A stretch of 64,000 nucleotides of DNA, taken from Chitinophagia bacterium. GTDB lineage: Bacteria > Bacteroidota > Bacteroidia > Chitinophagales > Chitinophagaceae. The first letter of the stretch is position 1. Every line of letters starts with the position of its first letter. Below, one piece after another: positions 10,498 through 19,744 of the stretch. The stretch is taken from contig JBKCOY010000066.1 in NCBI GenBank assembly GCA_046309555.1, forward strand, positions 2,694-66,693, read 5' to 3'. The notes under the pieces are model-generated. The model ran no database searches, had not been told where the DNA came from, and saw nothing but the letters and a program-made list of their open reading frames with translations. Both the position numbers and the translations under genes were made by a program.

Positions 10498-10524
10498 TTA
10501 CGTTTCACAGGTTTAGGGGATATC

Positions 10525-10932
10525 TTATTTGCTTGCAATTCCATCTACACTCACCTTACCGGGGCCGCACAACAACAGAACAGAAAATCCTGATAAAAAC
10601 AGAGCAGCTTTTTCACCTGTATCAAAGAAATCCATGCTATGAACCTGAAAGAGGGCAACCGACATGATGATGATGAGTGGGATGGCAACTGCTCTTGTAA
10701 ACAGGCCGATGATGATGAAAAGTGCACAGAAAAACTCTGCAAAAACGGCAAGTGACAGAGAAGCCGTTGATCCGAGTCCGAAAAAGTTATAAAAGTCCGT
10801 TTTCCGCGAGGAGAATCCTGTAAGCTTGGCATAACCATGAGACATCATCAGTGCTCCCATGGCAACTCTGAGTAACAACATGGCAATGTTAAAGGCAAGT
10901 GCACTGTAATGAATGCTCATTAGTTTTTTCAT
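10525..10932 (-). CDS. DoxX family membrane protein
   Basis: LLLRV..G..M..HG..KL and AEFFCALFIIIGLFTR pattern; ATG 10932 chosen because the -7 box lies at 10975-10982. Confidence 0.85.
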   Translation of the reverse strand: MKKLMSIHYSALAFNIAMLLLRVAMGALMMSHGYAKLTGFSSRKTDFYNFFGLGSTASLSLAVFAEFFCALFIIIGLFTRAVAIPLIIIMSVALFQVHSMDFFDTGEKAALFLSGFSVLLLCGPGKVSVDGIASK

Positions 10933-10974
10933 CTTTCGGAATTTTGCGGATAAAGCTTCGTTAATATTGTTTTG

Positions 10975-10982
10975 CAAAGTTA
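10975..10982 (-). promoter_or_regulatory. -7 promoter element TAACTTTG(CA) for the doxX-cinA-E2-radical SAM unit
   Basis: caaagtta on + strand. Confidence 0.55.
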
Positions 10983-11013
10983 AGATATTGATGGAATCTC
11001 CTGATTTAAAGGT

Positions 11014-11021
11014 TATTTTTG
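11014..11021 (+). promoter_or_regulatory. -7 promoter element TATTTTTG for the TPR operon
   Basis: TAnnTTTG match overlapping the track TTG start, which supports ATG 11046 as the real start. Confidence 0.5.
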
Positions 11022-11045
11022 AAGAAGAAAATCATTTACAGCAGC

Positions 11046-14000
11046 ATGAATTCAATTCCCTGTAAAATCCTGTCGAAATTCACCCTGATCTGCCTGCTCA
11101 ATGTTTCTTTCGTATTTGGACAGGCAACGGATGGTATGACCTCCAAGACTTTGTTCATTTCTAAAGCAAGAGATCTATTCAAAGCGTCACAGTTTTCAGC
11201 AGCCAATGCACATATACAATCCTATTTCCATCAATTCAATGCAAGTGGCCAGCTGAATGAGTCAGATAAGTCGGAACTGCAATTGATGATGCTGGTGTCT
11301 GGTATCAATGCCAGAGAAACCTACTCGGTTAAAAATGCCCGTGTTTTGATGGAAACCACTGAAGAGAAATCGGTGGCCGTGAAACTTGCGTATCATCTCG
11401 GACATTATTATTTTGGATTGTCGATGTACGATGATGCAATTGCTAATTTGGAGAAAACAGACCCCCTTTATTTGGACAACGAGGAAAATGAGAGGGTTCA
11501 GTATGAGAAAGGAGTCAGCTATTTCTCACTGAAGAAATTTGACAATGCCAGACCTTTTTTTCGCAGCATTATCCAGCTCGAGCAGTCGGTTTACAAAGCT
11601 GATGTTCAGTATTATCTGGGATTTGTTGATTTTTCTGAGAAAAGATATAATGATGCATCCGGTTGGTTCAGGGAGATCGAAGATCATCCCTATTACAAAA
11701 AGGCTGTTCCCTTCTATCAGGCATTCATTGCTCATGAAACAGGAAAAATCGAAAAAGCAATACAATATGGAGAAGCATATCTGACTGCAGGGGATGGCAT
11801 TCATCTCAGGGAGATGCAGCAACTGCTGGCTTCTATTTATTCCAACAAGGGTGATCATAGCAAGGCAGTTGCCTTGTATGAAAAAGTATTAGCCGCAGGT
11901 ATTGCCCTTAATCCAACACAACGATTTGAATTGGGCGCAGGATATTATCATCAGAAAAAATATTCCAAAGCCATTGAGCAGCTCAAACCTTTGTCGGCCG
12001 GGTCTGACAAGGTTTCGTTAGAGTCTATGTACCTGCTGGGACAGTCATATCTGCAGATCAATGATAAGTCCAGTGCTAGAAATGCTTTTCAATATGTGCT
12101 TGATGGTAAACTTGGGAAAGAACAAACGAGCATGGCAAGGTTTCAATTTGCCAAGCTTTCCATGGAATTGGGATTTGAAGACCAGGGACTTCAGGGGCTA
12201 ACCAAGTTTTTGAAGGAAGAATCATCTTCTATCTATATAAAAGAGTGCAAAGAGATCCTGCTGGCGCATTATGCCAAAACCAATAATTATCGGCAGGCGA
12301 TTGTACTGCTGGAGAATATTGGTGCATCTTCTGCCAGCATCATGAATGTTGCACCCAGGATCTATTATGGAAGGGCTATAGAACTGGTCATCGATCTTCA
12401 ATATGATCAGGCCGATCAATTGTTCTCCCAAATGATCAGATACAAATCATCTCCCTTTTATGCGGCTTCTTTGTTTTGGAGAGGAGAATTGGCCTACAGA
12501 AGATCAGATTATCTCTCCTGCATCAATCATCTCCTGGACTACATAAAAATTCCAAGTAAAGGGATGGACGAATCCAATATTGAAAACGCCTGGTATAATC
12601 TGGGGTATTCATATTTTGAACAAGAAGAGTATACTAAAGCGTTGCCCTGGTTTGAAAAAATCTATGGCAAAACTTCTACTGCTGCCATAGACGTAAAGCG
12701 TGAGGCCATGCTAAGGGCAGCTGATTGCGCTTTCATGGAAAAACAGATAGAAAAAGCAAAATCACTGTATGCGCAGGTGTTCAATGCAGATGGATTTGGC
12801 ACGGACTATGCCAGTTTCCAGCTTGCCATCATTGAAGGAATCAAATCCCCGTCTGGAAAAATCAATCTGCTTCGTGCCGCAGAAAAGAAATTTGCCTCTT
12901 CAGCTTATCTGCCATTGATCACTGCAGAGCTTGCCGATACCTATATGTCAGAAGAACAATACGATCAGGCCATTCCTTATTTGAAACGTATACCATCATT
13001 GGTAGGCGAGGATGATGAATTGATACCGGAATCCCTGCTCAAATTGGGCATCGCATATTATAATCTGGATAAGCCTGACGAATCAGCTGAGCAATTCAGG
13101 AGATTATTAAAAGAATATCCGGCATCTGGTCAGGCATCGGAAGCACTTGAATCTGCAAGAAGTTTGTATGTAGAATCAGGCAGAATCGATGAATATGAGA
13201 AATTCCTGCAAACCTCGGGTATGTCATTGGGTGCATTGCAGAAAGATTCACTGAGTTTTCAATTTGTACAGAAAACATATGCCGATGGCAATACTCGACA
13301 ATCATTGTCGGCGTTGGATTCCTACATCAATTCATTCCCGGATGGCTTGTTCATCGCTGAAGTGCTCAACTACAAGGCGGAGCTGATGCAGAAAGATAAA
13401 GATTGGGCCTCCACTGCAAAAGTATATGACCAGCTTGCTGCCAAAGGGGTTAGCAAATATCAGGAAAAGGCATTGCGGCAGTCGGGCAGAATCTACTTTT
13501 TTGAATTGAAGGATTTTGCGTCTGCCCTTCAGTCATTCAAACAGTTGTCCGCTACCACCTCTAAACCGGATGTTCTTTTGGAATCCAGAAGAGGGGAGGT
13601 CAGGTGTTATTTTTATCTGAAATTATGGGAACAGGGAAATGATGCAGCCAAAGCGTTGCTGGAAAATGAATCCTCCACGAATGATGACAAAGCTTTCGCG
13701 TACATGGTGATGGGATATGCAGCAATACAACAACGCAATTTTGCACCTGCACTTTCGATTTTCACCTCTGTAGCAGAACTGAATAAATCAGCACTTGGTG
13801 CAGAAGCAAGATACCAGAAGGCCTTTGCCTATTTCAGCAATGAAGACCTTGCCAATGCAGAAAAATATGCACTTGAATCCATAGAAGTATCGGGTTCTTA
13901 CGAATTCTGGATCACAAAATCTTATATGTTACTGGGTGAAATTTTCTTTGTTCAGAAAGACTATTTTAATGCCAAGGCAACACTGAAAAGCGTGGTGGAA

Positions 14001-14081
14001 AATTGCAGCATCCCCGCCCTGAAACAGGAAGCAATGACACGTTTGCAACAGGTAGAGACAGCTGAAAAAGGAGGAGCATAA
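11046..14081 (+). CDS. Large exported tetratricopeptide-repeat protein
   Basis: About 1000 aa of helical repeats with TPR-like signatures (AWYNLGYSYF, SLLKLGIAYY, ARYQKAFAYF); hydrophobic N-terminal signal. Confidence 0.85.
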   Translation: MNSIPCKILSKFTLICLLNVSFVFGQATDGMTSKTLFISKARDLFKASQFSAANAHIQSYFHQFNASGQLNESDKSELQLMMLVSGINARETYSVKNARVLMETTEEKSVAVKLAYHLGHYYFGLSMYDDAIANLEKTDPLYLDNEENERVQYEKGVSYFSLKKFDNARPFFRSIIQLEQSVYKADVQYYLGFVDFSEKRYNDASGWFREIEDHPYYKKAVPFYQAFIAHETGKIEKAIQYGEAYLTAGDGIHLREMQQLLASIYSNKGDHSKAVALYEKVLAAGIALNPTQRFELGAGYYHQKKYSKAIEQLKPLSAGSDKVSLESMYLLGQSYLQINDKSSARNAFQYVLDGKLGKEQTSMARFQFAKLSMELGFEDQGLQGLTKFLKEESSSIYIKECKEILLAHYAKTNNYRQAIVLLENIGASSASIMNVAPRIYYGRAIELVIDLQYDQADQLFSQMIRYKSSPFYAASLFWRGELAYRRSDYLSCINHLLDYIKIPSKGMDESNIENAWYNLGYSYFEQEEYTKALPWFEKIYGKTSTAAIDVKREAMLRAADCAFMEKQIEKAKSLYAQVFNADGFGTDYASFQLAIIEGIKSPSGKINLLRAAEKKFASSAYLPLITAELADTYMSEEQYDQAIPYLKRIPSLVGEDDELIPESLLKLGIAYYNLDKPDESAEQFRRLLKEYPASGQASEALESARSLYVESGRIDEYEKFLQTSGMSLGALQKDSLSFQFVQKTYADGNTRQSLSALDSYINSFPDGLFIAEVLNYKAELMQKDKDWASTAKVYDQLAAKGVSKYQEKALRQSGRIYFFELKDFASALQSFKQLSATTSKPDVLLESRRGEVRCYFYLKLWEQGNDAAKALLENESSTNDDKAFAYMVMGYAAIQQRNFAPALSIFTSVAELNKSALGAEARYQKAFAYFSNEDLANAEKYALESIEVSGSYEFWITKSYMLLGEIFFVQKDYFNAKATLKSVVENCSIPALKQEAMTRLQQVETAEKGGA

Positions 14082-14082
14082 T

Positions 14083-15786
14083 ATGAAAACCAGATTGATG
14101 ATCAAGTATTTTAGAATGGTTTACTCTTTGAGATCAGTTCAATTCTTCATCAGCCTGTTGCTGATGACAGCTCCCTTTTCAACTTCCATGGCTCAGGCAG
14201 GGAAAGGCAAGAAAGAAGAGATCAGCATCACATCCAGTTTCAAACCCAGCATTGTTAAAACTGGTAAAATTGAATTTGATGCCAAAGTCCCGACAAAAGA
14301 TACAACTCCTTATGCTTTCAATTATCCCTTCGAGCCCTTCAAGTACACCACTTCATTGAGTCCGTTTACTGTTAAACCACTGGCATTGGTTCAGCAATTG
14401 GAGACACCAGTCACCGGATCATTTGCCAAGCTGGGTTTTGGCAGTTTGCAATCTCCGTTTGTATCTCTTTCCCATGCAGCAGGAAAAGGCAAGACTATAT
14501 ATGCAGCAGGACTGGATCATTTTTCTGCAAAAGGGGAAATCGCCGATCAGAAAATTTCACAAACCAGTTTGTTTGGCTCACTGAAAAACAATTACAGTGA
14601 GAATCAATCTCTTGCTGTTGACATGGGTTACGACCGTCAATCTTTCAAACTATACGGTTATGATCATACCGTTTTCAATCTTTCCGGAAACGACATACAA
14701 CAGGATTTCAATACCATACACCTGGGGGCCACTTATCGTCAGGTTACAGGTACTGAAGGGCAGTCAACTTTTGCTCCCGGTTTTCATGCATACTACCTTT
14801 TGGGCAGCAGAAAAACCAATGAATTTTCAGCTAATTTCAATTTGCCACTGACCATCAGTCTTGCCAATAATTTATTCCTTCACGCACAGCTGGATGTATC
14901 ACATGCCAGCTTGCGTGATACGGCAGCACCCAACAGGGCAGCTACACTGGTGCAATTGCCTTTGCAACTTTCCTTCAAAACGGAAAAGTTCCAAATCAAG
15001 GGAGGTGTTTCCCCGGTTTTTGATGGAAATAAATTTGGAATAGCTCCTCAGTTTAAATTTTTATACAATGTGAACGACAAAGGGTTACGATTTAAGGCAG
15101 GTCTGAGCAACGCCTTTGAGTTGAATTCTTTGCAGAAGTTATCAAAACTCAATCCATTCCTTGTAGCGCCGGACTCCATAAAAGTATTTCGTCAGTCAGA
15201 TTATTATATTGGACTTGACTGGGTGAACCAAAAGGGTTTGCAGTTTAATTTCAGTTTGGGAATGACCCAGTTCAGGAATATTCCGTTGTTTGTCAATGCA
15301 GGTTTCACAGAGAGACAGTTCAAAGTATTGAATGAGTCACTGTTAAGCGCTTTTTCGTTGTCGGGCGGACTCGAATATGTCTTTGACGAGACCCTTAAAT
15401 TCAGAACAGACCTGAAGTATTATGCCTTTACAGATCAGAAAGACCAGGATCATCCTTTCGGTATTCTTCCAATGGAATTAAAGAGCAATATTTCCTGGAA
15501 TCCGATCGATCCCTTAACCTTACGTTTTAATGCTTATCTGTGGAGAGGTACCATGGCGCTACCCGTATCCAATGGCAATGTTGGTGGTGGGTTTCCTGCA
15601 TTTCAGCTAAAAGATGCAGCGGATCTGAGTTTTGGTGTGGATTATAAGTTGATTAAAAACTGGGCACTATGGGTTGATTTGAATAATATTGCCAATGTCA
15701 GGTATCAGCGATGGAACAAGTATGAATCTTTCGGATTTAATTTCATCGGAGGTGTCAGATATGTTTTCAATACCCCAAACAAATGA
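14083..15786 (+). CDS. Outer-membrane beta-barrel protein (TonB-dependent-receptor-like, no obvious plug)
   Basis: Signal peptide, alternating beta-strand pattern, C-terminal DLNNIAN..YQRW..Y...GFNFIGGVRYVF. Confidence 0.72.
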   Translation: MKTRLMIKYFRMVYSLRSVQFFISLLLMTAPFSTSMAQAGKGKKEEISITSSFKPSIVKTGKIEFDAKVPTKDTTPYAFNYPFEPFKYTTSLSPFTVKPLALVQQLETPVTGSFAKLGFGSLQSPFVSLSHAAGKGKTIYAAGLDHFSAKGEIADQKISQTSLFGSLKNNYSENQSLAVDMGYDRQSFKLYGYDHTVFNLSGNDIQQDFNTIHLGATYRQVTGTEGQSTFAPGFHAYYLLGSRKTNEFSANFNLPLTISLANNLFLHAQLDVSHASLRDTAAPNRAATLVQLPLQLSFKTEKFQIKGGVSPVFDGNKFGIAPQFKFLYNVNDKGLRFKAGLSNAFELNSLQKLSKLNPFLVAPDSIKVFRQSDYYIGLDWVNQKGLQFNFSLGMTQFRNIPLFVNAGFTERQFKVLNESLLSAFSLSGGLEYVFDETLKFRTDLKYYAFTDQKDQDHPFGILPMELKSNISWNPIDPLTLRFNAYLWRGTMALPVSNGNVGGGFPAFQLKDAADLSFGVDYKLIKNWALWVDLNNIANVRYQRWNKYESFGFNFIGGVRYVFNTPNK

Positions 15787-15787
15787 T

Positions 15788-16471
15788 ATGCAGTTTGAAC
15801 AATTGTCATTTCTGCTTTCAAAATATTATTTCCTGAGTGGTTCCGTTTTCATACCCGGACTGGGAATGATCAGCCGACAGCGAACTTCCTCTCTCCACCA
15901 ACCGGAGAACATGACGTACGATCCGCCATCTTTTCTCATTCAATTTGATCATCAAGCAGAGCGGGATCCCCAAAGACAACTTCATTATCTGGTGGCCAAA
16001 ACGGGAAATGCCATTCAGGAAATGCAGGATCAGCTGCTGGTATTGGGCCAATCGATATGCCGCTATCTGGAGAATGAACGGAAACTCGAGTGGCTCGGCA
16101 TTGGTTCCTTTCATATGGATGAAGAGGGCGCTATATCCTTTCAGCCTAAAACCATTTCTACCCACTATTTTGTTCCGGTTGCCTATCAGCAATTGGTGCA
16201 GAAGAACACAACAGAATCGACTGAAGAGAAAATCTATGAGGTAAAACAGGAAGAACCGGAAACAGAGAGCGTTGTAGAATCAGAGGAATATGCTGAAGAA
16301 GATCAAATCAACGTGGGATGGCAACCTTGGCAGAAATTTGCTCTCATGATTGTTATTCTTTCTGCCCTGTTCTTGTCAATTCGATTCTTCATGGGCAATT
16401 TTGATCCATTGGGACCAACCTTGCAAAAACTCCATCCCAAATCGGCACCGGCAACCTATTCCAAACCCTGA
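15788..16471 (+). CDS. HU/CCDC81-like-domain protein with C-terminal transmembrane helix
   Basis: V.IPGLG and L...GIGSF.....G.I.F.P patterns typical of HU-like folds, acidic linker, TM FALMIVILSALFLSIRFF; ATG 15788 follows the upstream TGA directly. Confidence 0.65.
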   Translation: MQFEQLSFLLSKYYFLSGSVFIPGLGMISRQRTSSLHQPENMTYDPPSFLIQFDHQAERDPQRQLHYLVAKTGNAIQEMQDQLLVLGQSICRYLENERKLEWLGIGSFHMDEEGAISFQPKTISTHYFVPVAYQQLVQKNTTESTEEKIYEVKQEEPETESVVESEEYAEEDQINVGWQPWQKFALMIVILSALFLSIRFFMGNFDPLGPTLQKLHPKSAPATYSKP

Positions 16472-16478
16472 TTCCAAG

Positions 16479-17366
16479 ATGAAAGCAATACCTTGTCCGA
16501 TTTGCAACAGTTTGGAATCCTCTCCATTTTTATCTGTTCAGGATCATACAGTTTCAGGAGAGGTATTCTCCCTCGTAAAGTGTGTGTCTTGCGGTTTTTT
16601 ATTTACTGCAAATCCGCCAGCTGCTGATAAAATTGGCAATTATTACCAGTCTGATGCATACATATCCCACACAGATAGCCATGATGGAATGTTCAACAAG
16701 ATCTATCAGCTAATTCGAAACTTCACCCTTGTTTCCAAAAGAAAACTAGTAGAGGAATACTCCGGCATCAGAAAAGGGAAGATGCTGGACTATGGATGTG
16801 GTACGGGTGCCTTTTTAAGGGAAATGAAAACCTCAGGATGGGACACCCTTGGCATGGAACCAGATCCTACAGCAAGGCAAAGAGCAAAAGATCTTACCGG
16901 AAGCCAGATTGAAGATCCTTCCGCACTAACCAACACAGTTGAACATTCATTGGATGCTATTACTTTGTGGCATGTACTTGAGCATGTTCATGACCTTGAT
17001 GTAGTACTCACAAGGTTTTATAAAATCCTGAATGACAATGGGGTTTTGCTGATTGCGGTTCCCAATCATACATCGCATGACGCACAACATTACGGGGTTC
17101 ATTGGGCTGCTTATGATGTACCCAGACATCTTTATCACTTCTCTCCAGAAAGCATCAGCCAATTGCTTCTGAAACATGGTTTCAAGAGAGTCGGTCTTAA
17201 ACCCATGTGGTTTGATGCCTTCTATGTAAGTATGCTCAGCGAGCAATATCGCAATGGTAAAATGAGGTTGGTACCGGCTGTCTTAACTGGATTGATTTCA
17301 AATATCAAAGCACTGCTCAGTCCCGGTACCTGCAGCTCGCAGATCTATATTTTCAGAAAAAAATAA
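16479..17366 (+). CDS. Class I SAM-dependent methyltransferase with N-terminal CxxC/CxxC zinc finger
   Basis: CPIC...CVSC, motif I LDYGCGTG, ITLWHVLEHV, IAVPN. Confidence 0.88.
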   Translation: MKAIPCPICNSLESSPFLSVQDHTVSGEVFSLVKCVSCGFLFTANPPAADKIGNYYQSDAYISHTDSHDGMFNKIYQLIRNFTLVSKRKLVEEYSGIRKGKMLDYGCGTGAFLREMKTSGWDTLGMEPDPTARQRAKDLTGSQIEDPSALTNTVEHSLDAITLWHVLEHVHDLDVVLTRFYKILNDNGVLLIAVPNHTSHDAQHYGVHWAAYDVPRHLYHFSPESISQLLLKHGFKRVGLKPMWFDAFYVSMLSEQYRNGKMRLVPAVLTGLISNIKALLSPGTCSSQIYIFRKK

Positions 17367-17373
17367 TTTTTCA

Positions 17374-18231
17374 ATGACGGGATATACCTTGATCGCAGAC
17401 AGTGGGGCAACAAAAACTGAATGGAAGCTGATCGGCAAATCCGTTTCGACATCCATGTTCACCAAAGGGATCAGTCCCTATCACATGGACCAGATACAGA
17501 TCGTGGAATTGATAACCACTGAATTGCCAAAAAGTATCCTAAAAAAATCCATAGATCAGATCTATTATTATGGAACGGGCTGCAAGACCAAAGCAAAGGC
17601 CAGTATTGTAAAAAATGCCCTTAAGAAGATCTTTCCTGGAGCATCGATTCATGTTACCCATGATTTGATGGGCGCAGCACTTGCCTTATGCGGTCATGAA
17701 AAAGGGATTGCCTGCATCCTCGGAACAGGCTCAAACTCCTGTTATTTCAACGGTAAAAGAATTGTAGCCAATTCACCGGGATTGGGATATGTGCTGGGTG
17801 ATGAAGGAAGCGGCGCTTATCTGGGTAAGAAACTGATCCAGCATGTTCTGTATGATATGCTGGACGAAACCTTGCTGAAAGCTTTTCATAAAATGTTTTC
17901 AACAAGCAGGGATGAGATCCTGCACAAGGTCTATCGGGAACCCTATGCCAACCGATATCTTGCCGGATTTTCGAAATTTCTTTCTGCCAACAGAGGGCAT
18001 TATATCATCGAAAATATCATTGAAGACGGGTTGAGAATATTTTTTGAACAACATATTTCCACCTATCCGCAGCGAAAAGAAGTACCGGTACATTTTGTAG
18101 GGGGGATCGCCTTTCATTTCAAAGATAAAATTGCCGAACTTTGTACTGACTACAATCTGAAGATGGGGAAAGTCTTCAAGCAACCCATGACCGGTCTTGT
18201 AGCTTTCCATAAAGAACTTAACCGGTCGTAA
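17374..18231 (+). CDS. BadF/BadG/BcrA/BcrD-family amino-sugar kinase (GlcNAc or MurNAc kinase)
   Basis: IADSGATKTEW, ILGTGSNS, LGDEGSGAYLG, FVGGIAF; adjacent to murQ. Confidence 0.85.
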   Translation: MTGYTLIADSGATKTEWKLIGKSVSTSMFTKGISPYHMDQIQIVELITTELPKSILKKSIDQIYYYGTGCKTKAKASIVKNALKKIFPGASIHVTHDLMGAALALCGHEKGIACILGTGSNSCYFNGKRIVANSPGLGYVLGDEGSGAYLGKKLIQHVLYDMLDETLLKAFHKMFSTSRDEILHKVYREPYANRYLAGFSKFLSANRGHYIIENIIEDGLRIFFEQHISTYPQRKEVPVHFVGGIAFHFKDKIAELCTDYNLKMGKVFKQPMTGLVAFHKELNRS

Positions 18232-18241
18232 AGGCGCAACC

Positions 18242-19057
18242 ATGATCTCAAAAACCACCGAGCAGGATTCATTGTACAGGCATCTGGAGAAAATGTCGGT
18301 GGATGACATTCTCCATGCGATCAATACCGAGGATAGAAAGGTACCAGAGGCTGTTGCCCTGGCTATTCCCCAAATCACTGCATTGGCTGAAGCTGTTTCT
18401 GATAAAATGCTTGCCGGTGGAAGGTTATTTTACATTGGTGCCGGAACTAGCGGCAGACTTGGAGTAGTAGATGCCTCTGAATGTCCGCCTACCTATGGTG
18501 TTCCTCACGGACTGGTGGTAGGTATTATCGCAGGAGGAAACAATGCGATGTTTCAGGCTGTGGAATTTGCAGAAGATGATCCGGAGCAGGCATGGAAAGA
18601 CCTTAATGAATTCGGGATCTCTGACAAGGATGTAGTAGTGGGTATTGCAGCCAGCGGAACAACTCCCTATGTTATTGGCGGACTCAAAAAATGCAGAGAG
18701 GAAGGAATATTGACTGGTTCCATTTCGTGCAATGCCAACTCACCTGTTTCTGCTTGTGCAGATCATCCGGTGGAAGTGGTTGTTGGTCCGGAATTTGTTA
18801 CCGGCAGCACCCGCATGAAAAGTGGTACCGCCCAAAAGCTTGTCCTCAATATGTTGTCGACTACCGTCATGATTCAGCTGGGTAGGGTAGAGGACAATAA
18901 AATGGTCAACATGCAACTCACCAATGATAAACTGATCGACAGAGGCGTGAAGATGTTGATGTCCAAAACCGGCATTTCTGATTATGAAGAAGCAAAAAAA
19001 TTGCTGCTCGAGCATGGTACTGTCAAAAAAGCCATCATTGCCATAAAGGGAGGTTGA
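18242..19057 (+). CDS. murQ: N-acetylmuramic acid 6-phosphate etherase
   Basis: GAGTSGRLG, DASECPPTYG, GPEFVTGSTRMKSGTAQK, NDKLIDRG. Confidence 0.95.
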   Translation: MISKTTEQDSLYRHLEKMSVDDILHAINTEDRKVPEAVALAIPQITALAEAVSDKMLAGGRLFYIGAGTSGRLGVVDASECPPTYGVPHGLVVGIIAGGNNAMFQAVEFAEDDPEQAWKDLNEFGISDKDVVVGIAASGTTPYVIGGLKKCREEGILTGSISCNANSPVSACADHPVEVVVGPEFVTGSTRMKSGTAQKLVLNMLSTTVMIQLGRVEDNKMVNMQLTNDKLIDRGVKMLMSKTGISDYEEAKKLLLEHGTVKKAIIAIKGG

Positions 19058-19058
19058 G

Positions 19059-19625
19059 ATGCACGAGATTGAACCTTTTTTCAACTGGAGACATCTTTAT
19101 GTTGCTGAGGAAGATCCCAGATCTCCTTTTCACGGCAGGGAATATTCAGAATTTCAATTTACCCAAACGGTTTACAATTATTTCATCCATCCACAGTGGG
19201 ATGATTTCGGGTCACAGACCCTGTACATGAAGATCCTCTTTGTCGATTATGAGGCTGGTTTCAGTATTTTGGAGTTTATCGGAGAATGGAATGATGCCAT
19301 TGAAAATGACATCATGACCCTGAAGAGGGATGTTATCGATCATTTGATTGCGCATGGCATTTGCAAATTCATCCTGATAGGAGAAAATATTCTGAATTTT
19401 CACAGCAGTGACGATTGTTATTACGAAGAGTGGTTCGAGGATCTTGAAGATAGGGGGGGATGGATTTGTATGATAGGCATGCCCGAACAATCCTTATACG
19501 ATTTTACCAGAGCTGGAATCAACCGGTATGTTCACATTTTGGAGATACCCGACTGGAGGCCTTTCACACCCGGTAACCTCTATCAAAAAGTGGATAATAT
19601 GATCATGAAACAACTCGGTTATTGA
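19059..19625 (+). CDS. Hypothetical protein with a possible STAS-like domain
   Basis: 188-aa ORF starting 1 nt after the murQ stop; see findings. Confidence 0.75.
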   Translation: MHEIEPFFNWRHLYVAEEDPRSPFHGREYSEFQFTQTVYNYFIHPQWDDFGSQTLYMKILFVDYEAGFSILEFIGEWNDAIENDIMTLKRDVIDHLIAHGICKFILIGENILNFHSSDDCYYEEWFEDLEDRGGWICMIGMPEQSLYDFTRAGINRYVHILEIPDWRPFTPGNLYQKVDNMIMKQLGY

Positions 19626-19707
19626 CACTGCAAACGTTTTCGTAGACATCCTGAGCTTTTATTCTCATAAGGGCTTAAACATTTCCTTTTTTTCCCCCAT
19701 TCTGATG

Positions 19708-19715
19708 TAAATTTG
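19708..19715 (+). promoter_or_regulatory. -7 promoter element TAAATTTG for sdhCAB
   Basis: TAnnTTTG match 29 nt before ATG 19745. Confidence 0.6.
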
Positions 19716-19744
19716 TGCGATTTTATAATCGAGAAATTAAGTCT

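Noticed and set aside
15689-15787. Track N-terminal extensions (also at 135, 10977, 11019, 16350, 19715, 26302, 34344, 38342, 40538, 55515, 59362)
   Set aside because: They overlap upstream genes, terminators or promoter boxes; downstream ATGs match the expected family N-termini.
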